Assembly: GCA_964562615.1 (NCBI GenBank)
Contig: CAZLUD010000003.1
Span: 2,885-66,884 of the forward strand
Length of the DNA stretch: 64,000 nt
Direction of reading: 5' to 3'
Source: an uncultured Candidatus Saccharibacteria bacterium
GTDB taxonomy: Bacteria > Patescibacteriota > Minisyncoccia > Phycocordibacterales > UBA12088
Shown: positions 49,183 through 59,832 of the stretch, one piece after another
Position numbering within the stretch: the first letter of the stretch is position 1
How the letters are laid out: each line of letters opens with the position of its first letter
Program-made: the position numbers and the translations under genes
The notes under the pieces: model-generated
Seen by the model: the letters and a program-made list of their open reading frames with translations, nothing else
Database searches by the model: none
What the model was told of the DNA's origin: nothing

Positions 49183-50222
49183 TCTAGGTGTGTGCGTATC
49201 TCGCCAAGTATAGTTTGCGCCGTCTTTTGATTTTCTCTAAGGTAGGTTCTTGAGGCGTCATATCCTCTTCCAAGCTTCTCTTCTTTGTAAGAATAGGAAG
49301 ACCCTGACTTTTCGACAATGCCGTACTTCTCGCCGAGTGCAAGAATTTCTCCTTCGCGAGCGATGCCCTCGTTATACATAAGATCGAACTCTGTCTGTCT
49401 AAATGGTGCGGCGACTTTATTTTTAACAACCTTTACTCGGTGTCTTCCTCCCACTACCTCTTCTCCTTTTTTGATTTGGGCAATTCGACGGATATCAAGA
49501 CGAACTGAGGTGTAGAATTTAAGCGCCTTACCGCCTGGAGTGGTTTCTGGGTTACCAAACATAACCCCAATTTGCATTCTGATTTGATTGATGAAGATAA
49601 CCACCGCCTTTGATTTGTGAACAATAGCAGTAAGCTTGCGAAGTGCTTGGCTCATGAGGCGTGCCTGCTTACCAACATGGAAGGCACCCATATCTCCCTC
49701 AATTTCGTCTTTTGGTGTAAGAGCAGCAACAGAGTCAACCACGATGATATCAATAGAATTTGAACGAACGAGTGATTCGCATATTTCAAGGGCCTGTTCA
49801 CCAGTATCTGGTTGTGAGACAAGAAGCTGATCAGTGCGTACGCCTATTTTGGCTGCGTATTCAGGATCGAGAGCATGCTCTGCATCAATAAAAGCACAGA
49901 TGCCTCCTAGTTTTTGTGCCTCGGCAATTGCATGGAGTGATAGCGTGGTCTTTCCTGATGATTCAGGTCCGTATATTTCAATGATGCGTCCACGTGGGTA
50001 GCCACCGATACCAAGCGCCCAATCAAGTCCAATTGAACCTGATGGGATAGCATCAATATTAACTTTAGGAGTATCTCCAAGTTTCATTATTGATTCTTCT
50101 CCAAACTTTGATTTTACGGCTTTAAGCGCGTCCTCTAATTTTTTTGACACAAACGGCACGTCTCCGGTAGGGAGGTCTGCGGCTACTGACACCTTCTTAG
50201 TCTTCTTTTCTTTCTCTGCCAT
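49179..50222 (-). CDS. recA: Recombinase A
   Basis: [30 protein letters not shown]. Confidence 0.98.
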   Translation of the reverse strand: MAEKEKKTKKVSVAADLPTGDVPFVSKKLEDALKAVKSKFGEESIMKLGDTPKVNIDAIPSGSIGLDWALGIGGYPRGRIIEIYGPESSGKTTLSLHAIAEAQKLGGICAFIDAEHALDPEYAAKIGVRTDQLLVSQPDTGEQALEICESLVRSNSIDIIVVDSVAALTPKDEIEGDMGAFHVGKQARLMSQALRKLTAIVHKSKAVVIFINQIRMQIGVMFGNPETTPGGKALKFYTSVRLDIRRIAQIKKGEEVVGGRHRVKVVKNKVAAPFRQTEFDLMYNEGIAREGEILALGEKYGIVEKSGSSYSYKEEKLGRGYDASRTYLRENQKTAQTILGEIRTHLD

Positions 50223-50223
50223 A

Positions 50224-50568
50224 TTATCGTAGGGTAAGTAATAATTGCTTTTGTACCGATCGGTCGTATTTATCTTTTGCCGTTACTTCAATTATATTAT
50301 AGCCGTACGAGAGCAACAATTGATCCGCAAAGTTGCCATCTGGACTTACAAATATCGGCCTATCATTAATTGAAATTTCAGATATCGAATGCGCATTGCC
50401 ACGTATGGTAACTAATGGGGATTCAACAACGCCCCCATGTACTGGTTCAAATAGTACTAGTGATGGTCCAAGTATGTATGATCGAAAGGCAAATACGCAG
50501 TAGCTAAGGAACATTCCTGCTACAAGCGAAATGAGTAGTAATTTTTGTCTGAAGGATAGAGCGATCAT
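50224..50568 (-). CDS. Membrane-anchored Ig-like domain protein
   Basis: N-terminal TM; G.F...L..GYN.I.V.AKD pattern. Confidence 0.7.
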   Translation of the reverse strand: MIALSFRQKLLLISLVAGMFLSYCVFAFRSYILGPSLVLFEPVHGGVVESPLVTIRGNAHSISEISINDRPIFVSPDGNFADQLLLSYGYNIIEVTAKDKYDRSVQKQLLLTLR

Positions 50569-52817
50569 GATAGTTTAGGTGTATCCGTGTAGTCAGACCC
50601 TTCATCTGGGGAAGCGGCATCATCAGATAAGCCGTGGTGTATGACTTCTCTTGGCTTCGCTCCATCTTGCGGTCCTATAACACCTCGCTCTTCGAGCATA
50701 TCCATAAGGCGTGCCGCACGCGCATAGCCAATGCGGAGCTTGCGTTGCAGGTATGAGGTAGAAGCGCGCTTTGCCTCTATAACATATACCTTCGCCTCTT
50801 CATACAAGTCGTCATTATCATCATCGTTACCAATCGATGCGCTAAACGCCGCTCCAGAAACGTGGTCACTTGAAAGATCGATGCCCGCCTCAGGAACATA
50901 GTCATTATGCTTTTTAATGAATTGCACTATATTTTTTACTTCATTCTCAGATATATATGGCGCTTGAAGACGTACCGGCTTTGCCATTTCTGCAGAGAGG
51001 TAAAGGGTATCTCCGGCACCAAGGAGTTTTTCTGCACCCGCGCTGTCGAGGATAGTTCTTGAGTCGATTTGTGAGGCCACCTGGAGAGCGAGTCGTGTAG
51101 GGACGTTTGCTTTTATAAGACCAGTTATAACGTTAACAGAGGGGCGTTGCGTTGAGAGTAGTAGGTGAATACCAACCGCTCTCGACATTTGTGCGAGGCG
51201 TACAATTGACGCTTCAAGTTCTCGTGGGTATGAGCTCATGAGATCAGCAAGCTCATCAATGATAACGACAATGTAAGGCATTTGTTCTGGTAGGCGAGAC
51301 TCATCTTCTTCAGTGAGATCAGCCTTTTTTGCTCGCTCTGCATAGGCAGTAAGTGCAGGAGTAAGTATGTTTGTGTGGTACGAATGAATGTCGCGAACTT
51401 GTTCAGTTTCTAATACATCATAACGTCGCTCCATTTCTTTGGTTGCCCACTTTAGCGCGAGTATCGCCTTTTTTGGATCAGTGATAACAGGGGTAAGGAG
51501 GTGAGGTATGCCGTTATATGAGGTCAATTCTACCCGCTTTGGGTCAACGAGAATGAGTCGCAGCTTTTCAGGGCCGTTTCTGTAGAGGAGTGAGGTGATG
51601 ATGCCGTGTACAGAGACAGACTTACCCGCACCAGTAGCACCGGCAATAAGCGAGTGAGGCATTTTTGCGATATCGGCATAATACGGGGTGCCGGTAATAT
51701 TTCTACCTAGGGCAACAAGAAGAGATTTTGGACTTGTTACAAATTCATCAGCACCAAGAAGAGAGGCGAGTCCGAGGGTGGTCTTTGCGGTATTTGGTAC
51801 TTCTATACCCACAAGCGATTTTCCTGGAATTGGTGCCTCAATACGAATAGGGGATGCGGCGAGCGCGAGCTCGAGGTTGCTTTGTAAGGATACTATCTTA
51901 GATATACGGACTCCTTCTGCTGGTTTGAGCGCATACCTTGTGACGGTTGGGCCAATCGAGATTTCATCCATGTCGACAGTGATACCAAAGTTTTGGAGAG
52001 TTCTTTTTATGATATTTGCATTTGCTTTGATATCACCAACCCCTGGCTTTCCTCGGTCCTTCTCAAGAAGAGAAACAGGTGGAGGAGTGTATACGTTAAA
52101 TGATCTATCCGGAACAAAGGCAACGGCACCATCTGCTTTTTCACCAAAGCCCAAAAATTGTTTTACCTTATCTCCAGCGCTGGTTGCGTTCTTGTCTTCG
52201 TTATCTTTTTCTTGAGCCTCCTCAGGTTCAGCAACTACAGGTGGTTGAAGAGGGGCGGTAACTGCAACTGGTTCGTCCTCATCAGACTGATCTTGTTCAC
52301 GTGCTTCTTTAATTCGAGACCATAATTTTGCTGGAGCAAGAAGAAGGTGTGTCTCTAGTATTACAAGGAGTGAGATAAGCATAAGTGAACCAAGAAGGAG
52401 TACCGTTGCATAGACATCAACAAGTGCAACTAGTGGCCGAGCAATGTAAGTACCCGCGATACCACCGCTGCCTGCATGCATCATCTCTATCATTCCGAGG
52501 CTCGCAATAAAAAAAACAATAGAGCCTATAACTCGTAGTGGTCGCAGGTCTCGTCGGAGGCTAAATAGATACGATACAGATAAGGTAAACAACAGCGCCG
52601 GCATGATGTAGTATCCAATGCCAAACAGGTAGCTGAGCCCCTTGAATATATATGAGCCGAGCACCCCAGAGAGCTCGAATGCAGCGAGGGCAAGTAGTGT
52701 TGCGAGTACAAAAAATACTATCGCAAACAAAACGCGTACGGTCTCTTCCTCTAAGTCATGAAAATAAGAAGTACGCTCTATTTCTTGAGTAGGAGGATTT
52801 TTTTTCTTACGCGCCAT
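50565..52817 (-). CDS. ftsK: DNA translocase FtsK/SpoIIIE
   Basis: N-terminal TMs, AGATGAGKS, DPKRVEL, IDELADLM, STSYLQRKLRIGYARAAR gamma domain. Confidence 0.97.
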   Translation of the reverse strand: MARKKKNPPTQEIERTSYFHDLEEETVRVLFAIVFFVLATLLALAAFELSGVLGSYIFKGLSYLFGIGYYIMPALLFTLSVSYLFSLRRDLRPLRVIGSIVFFIASLGMIEMMHAGSGGIAGTYIARPLVALVDVYATVLLLGSLMLISLLVILETHLLLAPAKLWSRIKEAREQDQSDEDEPVAVTAPLQPPVVAEPEEAQEKDNEDKNATSAGDKVKQFLGFGEKADGAVAFVPDRSFNVYTPPPVSLLEKDRGKPGVGDIKANANIIKRTLQNFGITVDMDEISIGPTVTRYALKPAEGVRISKIVSLQSNLELALAASPIRIEAPIPGKSLVGIEVPNTAKTTLGLASLLGADEFVTSPKSLLVALGRNITGTPYYADIAKMPHSLIAGATGAGKSVSVHGIITSLLYRNGPEKLRLILVDPKRVELTSYNGIPHLLTPVITDPKKAILALKWATKEMERRYDVLETEQVRDIHSYHTNILTPALTAYAERAKKADLTEEDESRLPEQMPYIVVIIDELADLMSSYPRELEASIVRLAQMSRAVGIHLLLSTQRPSVNVITGLIKANVPTRLALQVASQIDSRTILDSAGAEKLLGAGDTLYLSAEMAKPVRLQAPYISENEVKNIVQFIKKHNDYVPEAGIDLSSDHVSGAAFSASIGNDDDNDDLYEEAKVYVIEAKRASTSYLQRKLRIGYARAARLMDMLEERGVIGPQDGAKPREVIHHGLSDDAASPDEGSDYTDTPKLS

Positions 52818-52895
52818 AGTCACCTAATCATACCAAATACTTTTATATTGAGCTATTTATTGGCACATCGGTATACCACGCAACACTTCTTTCTT

Positions 52896-53713
52896 TTGGA
52901 CAATTGTAAAAAAGACAAAGCACCCTATAATCACTGCAACTGACGTCTTATTAACCACCCGTGGCAGAATAAAGGACAAAAATGATAAATAAAAGTCATG
53001 TCCAATACAATGGGACAAACCACCAAATCAATACAAAAAACAAGATATTTTTGTATGTCCTTAAAAAGGCTGAACGCCTTGTCGCTGCACTTGAAGTACT
53101 GACCATAACAATAGGACAAGAGAAAGAAGTCCTAAAGAGAATAAAGGACAAAGGATACACTGCTCTTGCCCTTATTGCAGAGCTGCCACTATGTGAAGAC
53201 CCACATCTACAGCGAGAGAAGATTGTATATTCGATACTACACTTAACCAGCCTCCTTTCTATTGCAAGGGATGCCAGAGTAATAACCCAGATGAATGCAG
53301 ACCTGCTTGTGCAGGAATATCAACTTCTTATTGCCACCATACAAGACGCGTCAGAGCGATTGGAAGGAGTGATTCTTGAACGTGACGCAATGTATGTTGA
53401 GCCGGTCGACATGCCTCTTAGAAATACTCAAAAGGACATCAAGATTTCCACACGAAGTACTCACACAAGCTCAGGGACATCTATAGGACCATTTTCACGC
53501 ATACGAGCTGAAAAGACACTTAGCGTATCAAGTGACACAGAAAAGAAAATCAAAAGCATTGAGGACAGAGTTGATATAAGAAAGAGAGCAATTATGGATA
53601 TTATCAAGCGAAAAGGAGTGGTATCTATAAAAGACATCTCTACTGAGATAAAAGACTTTAGCGAAAAGACCATACAACGAGAGCTGCTTGCGATGGTTGA
53701 ATCAGGTGTCCTT
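52896..53713. repeat. Dispersed cluster of (A/T)(A/G)GGACA-type motifs in both orientations
   Basis: 11 GGACA/TGTCC hits counted by eye in ~820 bp, plus AAAGACA variants. Confidence 0.6.
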
Positions 53714-53758
53714 ACAAAAGAAGGGGAGAGAAGGTGGAGTACCTATAAACTTGCGTAA
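52982..53758 (+). CDS. Helical-bundle protein with C-terminal DeoR-like winged HTH
   Basis: SIKDIS...SEKTIQRELLAMV..GVL.KEGERRWS.Y. Confidence 0.75.
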   Translation: MINKSHVQYNGTNHQINTKNKIFLYVLKKAERLVAALEVLTITIGQEKEVLKRIKDKGYTALALIAELPLCEDPHLQREKIVYSILHLTSLLSIARDARVITQMNADLLVQEYQLLIATIQDASERLEGVILERDAMYVEPVDMPLRNTQKDIKISTRSTHTSSGTSIGPFSRIRAEKTLSVSSDTEKKIKSIEDRVDIRKRAIMDIIKRKGVVSIKDISTEIKDFSEKTIQRELLAMVESGVLTKEGERRWSTYKLA

Positions 53759-54111
53759 CCATATAGAGTGTTGCCTAATCAATCACTGCTGTATTGCTTG
53801 GTAATTATAAAGATATTCTCTCGTCTTCGTATGTAGAGGAGTATACCGCTTGTATGGATACTATAAGCCTCTTATTTATGGCAACAGCGCCACCGCTACG
53901 GCGGGGCTTACTGCTTTGACTTTGTTGCCTTTTTATGAGATTCTATGGTGTATGGATGCTCTTTAATGAGTGGGGATTTGCGAGGGATTTACTACTGTAT
54001 CGGGCACACAAAAGGTGATAAAAATCACCGTACTCGATTACGTATCATGCTGATGAAAATTAGTATGAAGTAGTACATACATTTCGCTATAATCTTCTGC
54101 TTATTACGTAG

Positions 54112-54158
54112 TTATCCACAAAGTATGTTTTGCCCGGATCTTTATAGAGGGCTATACT
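54112..54158 (+). promoter_or_regulatory. Perfect DnaA box followed by a sigma70-like promoter
   Basis: TTATCCACA 54112-54120; TTGCCC (54130) -N17- TATACT (54153). Confidence 0.6.
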
Positions 54159-54164
54159 TTGCAT

Positions 54165-54654
54165 ACATTCCGAGTGCGACTTTAACAGTGTCTTTGTTTT
54201 TATAGATACAGGTGTTATTGGCACACACAAATCGGAATATCCTGTACCTCGACAACTGAATATCCTAAAAATTTTCCTGAAATGATTATTCTGCTCGCCA
54301 GCGGTGTATGTTCTTAATCGAACTATCTACCACTGGTATTGTCGCAATAACGGATGCACTCAGACCAAAGTATTGTTACCAACATTGTTGTGTGTGGGGG
54401 AGTCGATCATGCCCATGCCAATAATTGAATCGTTGGTAAGTTGTAGTTGGTGAACAATATGAACTCACTCATTTATATATTCTTATATATAAGAGAGTGT
54501 TTCAGATTGTTAACAAAGAAAAAAGTTATCGTTGGTCGAAATAACAACGTTGCTTTTTTCTACATTCATTTAGGTTCGTTGCTGACGTGGCATCATTACT
54601 CATTATTAATAGTAACTGCCGAAGGGGCGAACTGATTACAGAATTAAACATCCT
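54165..54654 (+). ncRNA. Candidate long structured 5' leader of the S-layer-like gene
   Basis: Several long imperfect hairpins between the promoter and ATG; no convincing ORF. Confidence 0.45.
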
Positions 54655-57600
54655 ATGAAACTTACTATAGTTAGCTCAAAAATCGCTGCACTCGTCGTTG
54701 CTTTTGCAATGATCGCTGGCGTAGCTTTTGTTCTCGCAACACCGAAGGCAAAAGCTGTAACACTTTCTGAGCTTGTAGAACTCTTTATCGCGCTCGAGGT
54801 TATTCCTGCGGATAAGGCGGTACAAGCTCGAAGCGTTCTCTCTTCACAGGGAGGAAGCTCATCGACTGGTTCATCTTCTTCATCATCAGTATGTCCTTAC
54901 ACTTGGAATTCAAACCTCAAGGTAGGTTCAACTGGTACTGATGTAATGAAGCTCCAGAAGTTCCTCAATGATATGGGTATTACTGTATCAGCGAGCGGCG
55001 CTGGTTCTCCAGGAAACGAAACTTCAACCTACGGCCCAGCAACTGGTGCTGCAGTAAAGAAGTTCCAGGAGAAGTATGCGTCAGATATTCTTTCTCCGAT
55101 TGGTCTTACCAGCGGAACAACGAATTTCTTCGCATCTACTCGCGCTAAGGCTAACAGCCTCTGCACAACATCAACCGGTTCAACTGGTGGAACAACTTCT
55201 CCAGCTGGAACAGGTCTATCAGTAAGCTCGGCTTCACAACCTGCTAACGCTCTATTCGTAGAGAAGGCAGCACGTGTTCCATTCACACGCTTCACTGTAA
55301 CTGCAGGTTCTGATGGCGACGTTGTTATGAACAGCGTTACTGTTAAGAAAACCGGTCTTATCAACAAGTCAGCTTTCAACGGCGTAGTACTTCTTGATGA
55401 GAACGGCATGCAACTTGGATCATCAAAGACTCTTAACTCTAACCACGAGGCAATCGTAGGTGAGAAGGTCACTATCGCAAAGGGAACATCAAAGACGTTC
55501 ACCATTGCTGCTAATGCACCAACATCACTCGATGCATACGCTGGTGAAGTAGGAGGTCTTCAAGTTGTAGGTATTAACACTCCTGCGACTGTTTCTGGAA
55601 CTCTTCCAATCAACGGAGCAAACCACACTACTAACGCGACACTTGCAATCGGCACCGCAACACTTGATATTTCTTCATTTGACCCAAATACATCAAGGAC
55701 TAAGGAGGTAGGTACCACTGCGTACACTTTCTCTGGTATCCGAGTAACTGCAGGTTCAGCTGAAGATGTTCGCCTTAAGTCAGTACGATGGAACCAGACT
55801 GGTTCTGTTTCAGAGTCTGACCTAGCAAACGTTGTTACTGTAGTTGACGGTACTGCGTACCCAACCGTAGCGTCAGAGGGTGGTAAGTACTACACCTCTA
55901 CATTCGGTAGCGGTATCCTTATTCAGGAGGGATTCTCAGTAGATGTCTACGTTCGCGGCGACATCACTGGATCTAATGCAGCTGGACGCACCGTATTCTT
56001 CGATATCGACGAATCTAACGATGTGTTCATGACTGGTGAGACTTTCGGTTACGGTATAACACCAACCGCAGCTTCAACAGCTTCAGCAACAGATACAGCA
56101 TCTGAGTTCACTACTGGTACTCCATTCTTCGATGGTTCTAAAGTAACTGTTGAGGCTGGTTCAGTATCAACTATCTCAAAGTCATCAAAGGTACCTGCTC
56201 AGAACATTGCTATCAATGTTCCTGGTCAGCCACTTGGTGGATTTGATATCGATGTAAAGGGTGAAGCAGTCACTGTACAACAGATGATTGTTAACTTCGC
56301 TACATCATCAGGTACTAGCCGTGGTCTTATGACGAACATTACGCTCGTCGATGAAAACGGTGCAGTAGTAGCTGGTCCAGTTGATGCAACGTATGTTAGC
56401 GCATCAGTACAAAGGGCAACCTTCTCTGATACGGTTACCTTGCCTCTTGGCAAGCACACATACACGATAAAGGGTCGTGTTCCTTCTACCTTCGGTAATG
56501 GAACAACCGTTATCGCGTCAACCGATCCATCATCATGGACAAATGTTAAGGGTGAAGTGACTGGTGATACCATCACTCTCTCAAACACATCATTCACGAT
56601 GAACACAATGACAGTAAAGGCTGCGGCTCTTGCTGTTAGCGTGTCTGGTACTCCATCAGCACAAAACATTGTTTCTGGCGTACAAGGATTCACCTTCGCT
56701 AACTACCAACTTGATGCAACAGCATCTGGTGAAGACGTTCGATTCTCATCAATCGCGCTTTATTACGACGGTGGTGATAACGCAAAGGCAGGTGCTCCAA
56801 GTAATCTTACGAGCTGCCAGCTCTATGATGGAACAACCGCGCTTAACACTGGTTCTAACGTAGTTAACGTATCTGGTTCAGCAACGACATCAGCAGTAAC
56901 TTCAACGTTCACTCTTGATAACTCGTTTGTAGTTCCAAAGGGTACTGTTAAGACGCTTGCACTTAAGTGTAACCTTTCAGGTAGCGCGCACTCATCATCT
57001 GAGTACCAGTGGGGTATCAACACTCCATCTGCTGCATTGACTACAACTGGAGTAACATCTAGTCAGTCAGTAACTGAGACTGGTTCTGCTGCTAACGGAC
57101 AGGTTATGACAGTTGCAACTGCTTCTCTTACTATCACTAAGGACTCATCAAGTCCTGCGTATAGAATTGTTGCAGGTGGCGCTACTGACGTAACTCTTGG
57201 TGTTCTTCGACTTCGCGCTACAAATGAAGACCTTTCTCTTCAGGATATCGCGCTTCAGATCACTAGCCCAGCAGCATCAAGCTCTGCTAACAACCTAGTT
57301 GGTGGCAAAGTAATGGTATACAGTGGTTCAACTAAGGTAGGTGAGGGTGTATTTACTTCAAGCGCAACAACTACGCTTGTATCTCTTACATCTCCTCTTA
57401 ACCTAGCTAAGGACACTGATGTACAGCTCACTATTAAGGGCGACCTCCAGAATATCGGTTCTTCACAGTCTGGTACTCAAGGAGCTCACCTTAAGATTGA
57501 CTGGGATGGTGTTGGCCAAGCTGGTAACACTAAGGCAGTTGGTGTAACAGGTTCAGGTACTTCAGTTATCGTAACTGGTACTGACACTGCTACTGATGGA

Positions 57601-58209
57601 ATTCGAATCTTCCGATCGTTCCCAACGTTCGCTAAGATGGATGTTCCTTCAACAACACTTGTTAAGGGTACTGCTAATGAGCTTTACCGATTCTCAATAT
57701 CGGCTAATAACTCAGGATCAGGTATTAACCTCTACAAGCTTACTGTTAACGTAGCTACTTCAACAGCTACAACTACTAACCTAAAGGTATTCGCTTACAC
57801 CAACTCTGGATTCTCAGCACCGGTGGCAGGCTTTACTGATGGTCAGATAGTTGCAACTATCCCTGGTCTTGTATCTTCTGGCGATAACAACGCAGTACTT
57901 TCATCAGTACTCGAAATCCCAGCAGGTGCGACCTACTACTTCAAGGTGGTTGGTGACGTGAACGTTACCGCTTCGACTGGTACCAGCCAGGTATCAACTC
58001 GAATCAGCGGTGACTCTGATTATCACGGCGCTGCAACCTTGGTTGAAACCGCAGCTAACGTTGATGCTGACGCTGATGATGACTTTATCTGGTCACCAAA
58101 CGCGACAGGATCTTCAGCTGCTGGTACAGCAGACTGGACCAACGGTTACCAGGTTTCTGGTCTAACCTCAACTGGTTCTGATCTAGTAACTATCTCTAAG
58201 ACTAACTAG
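54655..58209 (+). CDS. Large secreted S/T/G-rich surface (S-layer-like) protein with N-terminal peptidoglycan-binding domain
   Basis: Signal peptide, LKVGSTGTDVMKLQKFLN...YGPAT..AVKKFQ, repeated beta domains, strongly biased codons (TTC/ATC/AAC/ACT/GGT). Confidence 0.8.
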   Translation: MKLTIVSSKIAALVVAFAMIAGVAFVLATPKAKAVTLSELVELFIALEVIPADKAVQARSVLSSQGGSSSTGSSSSSSVCPYTWNSNLKVGSTGTDVMKLQKFLNDMGITVSASGAGSPGNETSTYGPATGAAVKKFQEKYASDILSPIGLTSGTTNFFASTRAKANSLCTTSTGSTGGTTSPAGTGLSVSSASQPANALFVEKAARVPFTRFTVTAGSDGDVVMNSVTVKKTGLINKSAFNGVVLLDENGMQLGSSKTLNSNHEAIVGEKVTIAKGTSKTFTIAANAPTSLDAYAGEVGGLQVVGINTPATVSGTLPINGANHTTNATLAIGTATLDISSFDPNTSRTKEVGTTAYTFSGIRVTAGSAEDVRLKSVRWNQTGSVSESDLANVVTVVDGTAYPTVASEGGKYYTSTFGSGILIQEGFSVDVYVRGDITGSNAAGRTVFFDIDESNDVFMTGETFGYGITPTAASTASATDTASEFTTGTPFFDGSKVTVEAGSVSTISKSSKVPAQNIAINVPGQPLGGFDIDVKGEAVTVQQMIVNFATSSGTSRGLMTNITLVDENGAVVAGPVDATYVSASVQRATFSDTVTLPLGKHTYTIKGRVPSTFGNGTTVIASTDPSSWTNVKGEVTGDTITLSNTSFTMNTMTVKAAALAVSVSGTPSAQNIVSGVQGFTFANYQLDATASGEDVRFSSIALYYDGGDNAKAGAPSNLTSCQLYDGTTALNTGSNVVNVSGSATTSAVTSTFTLDNSFVVPKGTVKTLALKCNLSGSAHSSSEYQWGINTPSAALTTTGVTSSQSVTETGSAANGQVMTVATASLTITKDSSSPAYRIVAGGATDVTLGVLRLRATNEDLSLQDIALQITSPAASSSANNLVGGKVMVYSGSTKVGEGVFTSSATTTLVSLTSPLNLAKDTDVQLTIKGDLQNIGSSQSGTQGAHLKIDWDGVGQAGNTKAVGVTGSGTSVIVTGTDTATDGIRIFRSFPTFAKMDVPSTTLVKGTANELYRFSISANNSGSGINLYKLTVNVATSTATTTNLKVFAYTNSGFSAPVAGFTDGQIVATIPGLVSSGDNNAVLSSVLEIPAGATYYFKVVGDVNVTASTGTSQVSTRISGDSDYHGAATLVETAANVDADADDDFIWSPNATGSSAAGTADWTNGYQVSGLTSTGSDLVTISKTN

Positions 58210-58238
58210 TCTTATTGGTAGACCTGGATCAAAAGGTC

Positions 58239-58277
58239 AAACACAAAACCGCCCGAAAGGGCGGTTTTGTGTTTTTA
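58239..58277 (+). terminator. Intrinsic terminator
   Basis: AAACACAAAACCGCCC-GAAA-GGGCGGTTTTGTGTTT. Confidence 0.85.
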
Positions 58278-58342
58278 CTACTTGAGCCTATTGCCATACA
58301 CGCCATACTTGTTACAATCGGCGTGTACTAACAATATTTTTT

Positions 58343-59086
58343 ATGAACCTACGAGCAATAGTTATCTGGGGCATTGCAATCATCGTGCTACTATCTGCAC
58401 TTGGATATCTCTATCTTCAAACAAAGGTGGTACCGCCACTTCCTGAAGGAGTATCTACCGAGGTAGAGGTTAATCCTGAAACCGAGGTAACAGATATACC
58501 AATGAATAAGCTGCCCGAGATGCCTTCGCTTACACGGTCAATAGATGAGTACTCGCCAAGCGATGACATGAGAAAGAGTATTCAAAATACTGTTGCAACC
58601 ATACGAAAGACACCAAATAGTTTTGATGATTGGATACTCCTTGGTATCTATCGAAAGCAAATAGGAGATTATGCAGGAGCGCTTGAGGCGTGGGAATTTG
58701 CATCAAAGATTCGACCTGAGGATGCAATTCCAAAAAACAACATAGGCATGCTCTACTATCTTCATACAAAAGAGTATGCAAAGGCAGAGGAGATATTACT
58801 TGCCACTACAAAAACTCATCCACACTACACCGCAACCTTTCAAAACTTATACGAGCTATATCACTATGCGTATAAGCAGGGGACGGGCGCAGATGAACAA
58901 ATACTCCTTGCTGGTATAAAAGAAAATCCAAAAGGCTTGGAGCTCATTATGTTGCTTGCTAGTTTCTATGATGAGACAGGAAAAACTGCTGATGCAAAAA
59001 AGACCTACACTACCGCACTTGAAATAGCTACAGAACTACAAGATGAAGCACTCATAGCGTACATACAAGAATTACTGAGTAAGTAA
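58343..59086 (+). CDS. Membrane-anchored TPR protein
   Basis: N-terminal TM; W..LG..Y...GDY..A...W and NNIG.LY repeats. Confidence 0.85.
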   Translation: MNLRAIVIWGIAIIVLLSALGYLYLQTKVVPPLPEGVSTEVEVNPETEVTDIPMNKLPEMPSLTRSIDEYSPSDDMRKSIQNTVATIRKTPNSFDDWILLGIYRKQIGDYAGALEAWEFASKIRPEDAIPKNNIGMLYYLHTKEYAKAEEILLATTKTHPHYTATFQNLYELYHYAYKQGTGADEQILLAGIKENPKGLELIMLLASFYDETGKTADAKKTYTTALEIATELQDEALIAYIQELLSK

Positions 59087-59118
59087 AAAGTGGTATACTC
59101 TTTGTATAAGGGATACTC

Positions 59119-59265
59119 ATGAAAAACCTCTTCAACAAAACCTTCCTACATTTTTTGATTGGATTTTTAACCATTATTGTTCTTACGTTTACTCTTGTCA
59201 TCTATATAGGTGACACATCAGGAAAACATGAGAACGCAAACAATAACGCAACTAGCCATGAGTAA
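59119..59265 (+). CDS. 48-aa single-TM small protein (absent from the ORF track)
   Basis: MKNLFNKTFLHFLIGFLTIIVLTFTLVIYIG...; stop overlaps the next start (ATGAGTAA). Confidence 0.6.
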   Translation: MKNLFNKTFLHFLIGFLTIIVLTFTLVIYIGDTSGKHENANNNATSHE

Positions 59266-59734
59266 TGAGCAAGGAGTAAAAAATTTTATCGCATCAGTTC
59301 TCTTTGGATTGATGCTGATGCTCGCGATGTATCTTTTGTACATCGGCCCTGGTATACCCACGGCAATTAGTGAGTTTGAATTTGTGCTACTTGCTCTTGC
59401 GGTATTTAGAGTCGTTAGACTTTTTGCATATGACAAAATAACCGAATGGCTCCGAGACATCTTTTATGATGTAAGAGTACAAGGAGAAGAAGTTATTAGG
59501 ACAAAGCCATCACGGGGTGTGCGTAGGACAATTATAGATTTATTGCTATGCCCATGGTGCCTTGGGGTCTGGGCGTCACTTTTTATTACGTTCTTTTATT
59601 TCTATACTCCATTTGCATGGTTCCCAATAATCATGCTCGCCATTGCCGGAGTCGGCTCACTCTTTGCTATCTTTGCCAATCTCATCGGCTGGTATGCCGA
59701 GGGCAGAAAGAGGGAAGTCGAAGGAAGTCGATAA
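59258..59734 (+). CDS. DUF1360-family membrane protein
   Basis: LAVFRVVRL..YDKITEWLR, LLLCPWCLGVW, LAIAG. Confidence 0.85.
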   Translation: MSNEQGVKNFIASVLFGLMLMLAMYLLYIGPGIPTAISEFEFVLLALAVFRVVRLFAYDKITEWLRDIFYDVRVQGEEVIRTKPSRGVRRTIIDLLLCPWCLGVWASLFITFFYFYTPFAWFPIIMLAIAGVGSLFAIFANLIGWYAEGRKREVEGSR

Positions 59735-59832
59735 ATTGAGAGCTATATTGACGTATACTTTTTTTAATTGTACCGTTGTCACGGGTAAGGTACTTACCCA
59801 GAACCTTAACATCCACACGAAAGGAAGCTTCG

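Noticed and set aside
52982-53400. Avd-like helical bundle implying a diversity-generating retroelement
   Set aside because: No reverse transcriptase and no TR/VR pair with adenine-specific mismatches seen.
53759-54165. oriC or dif site
   Set aside because: Only one perfect DnaA box and no dnaA/dnaN nearby. ATTTCGCTATAA at 54081 resembles a XerC arm but has no XerD arm.
54447-54635. 62-aa ORF in the S-layer leader
   Set aside because: Overlaps long hairpins, has a weak start and no protein-like pattern.
59735-59832. T-box leader before the synthetase pair
   Set aside because: Under 100 bp, with no T-box consensus and no terminator/antiterminator; only a small GGGTAAG/CTTACCC hairpin.
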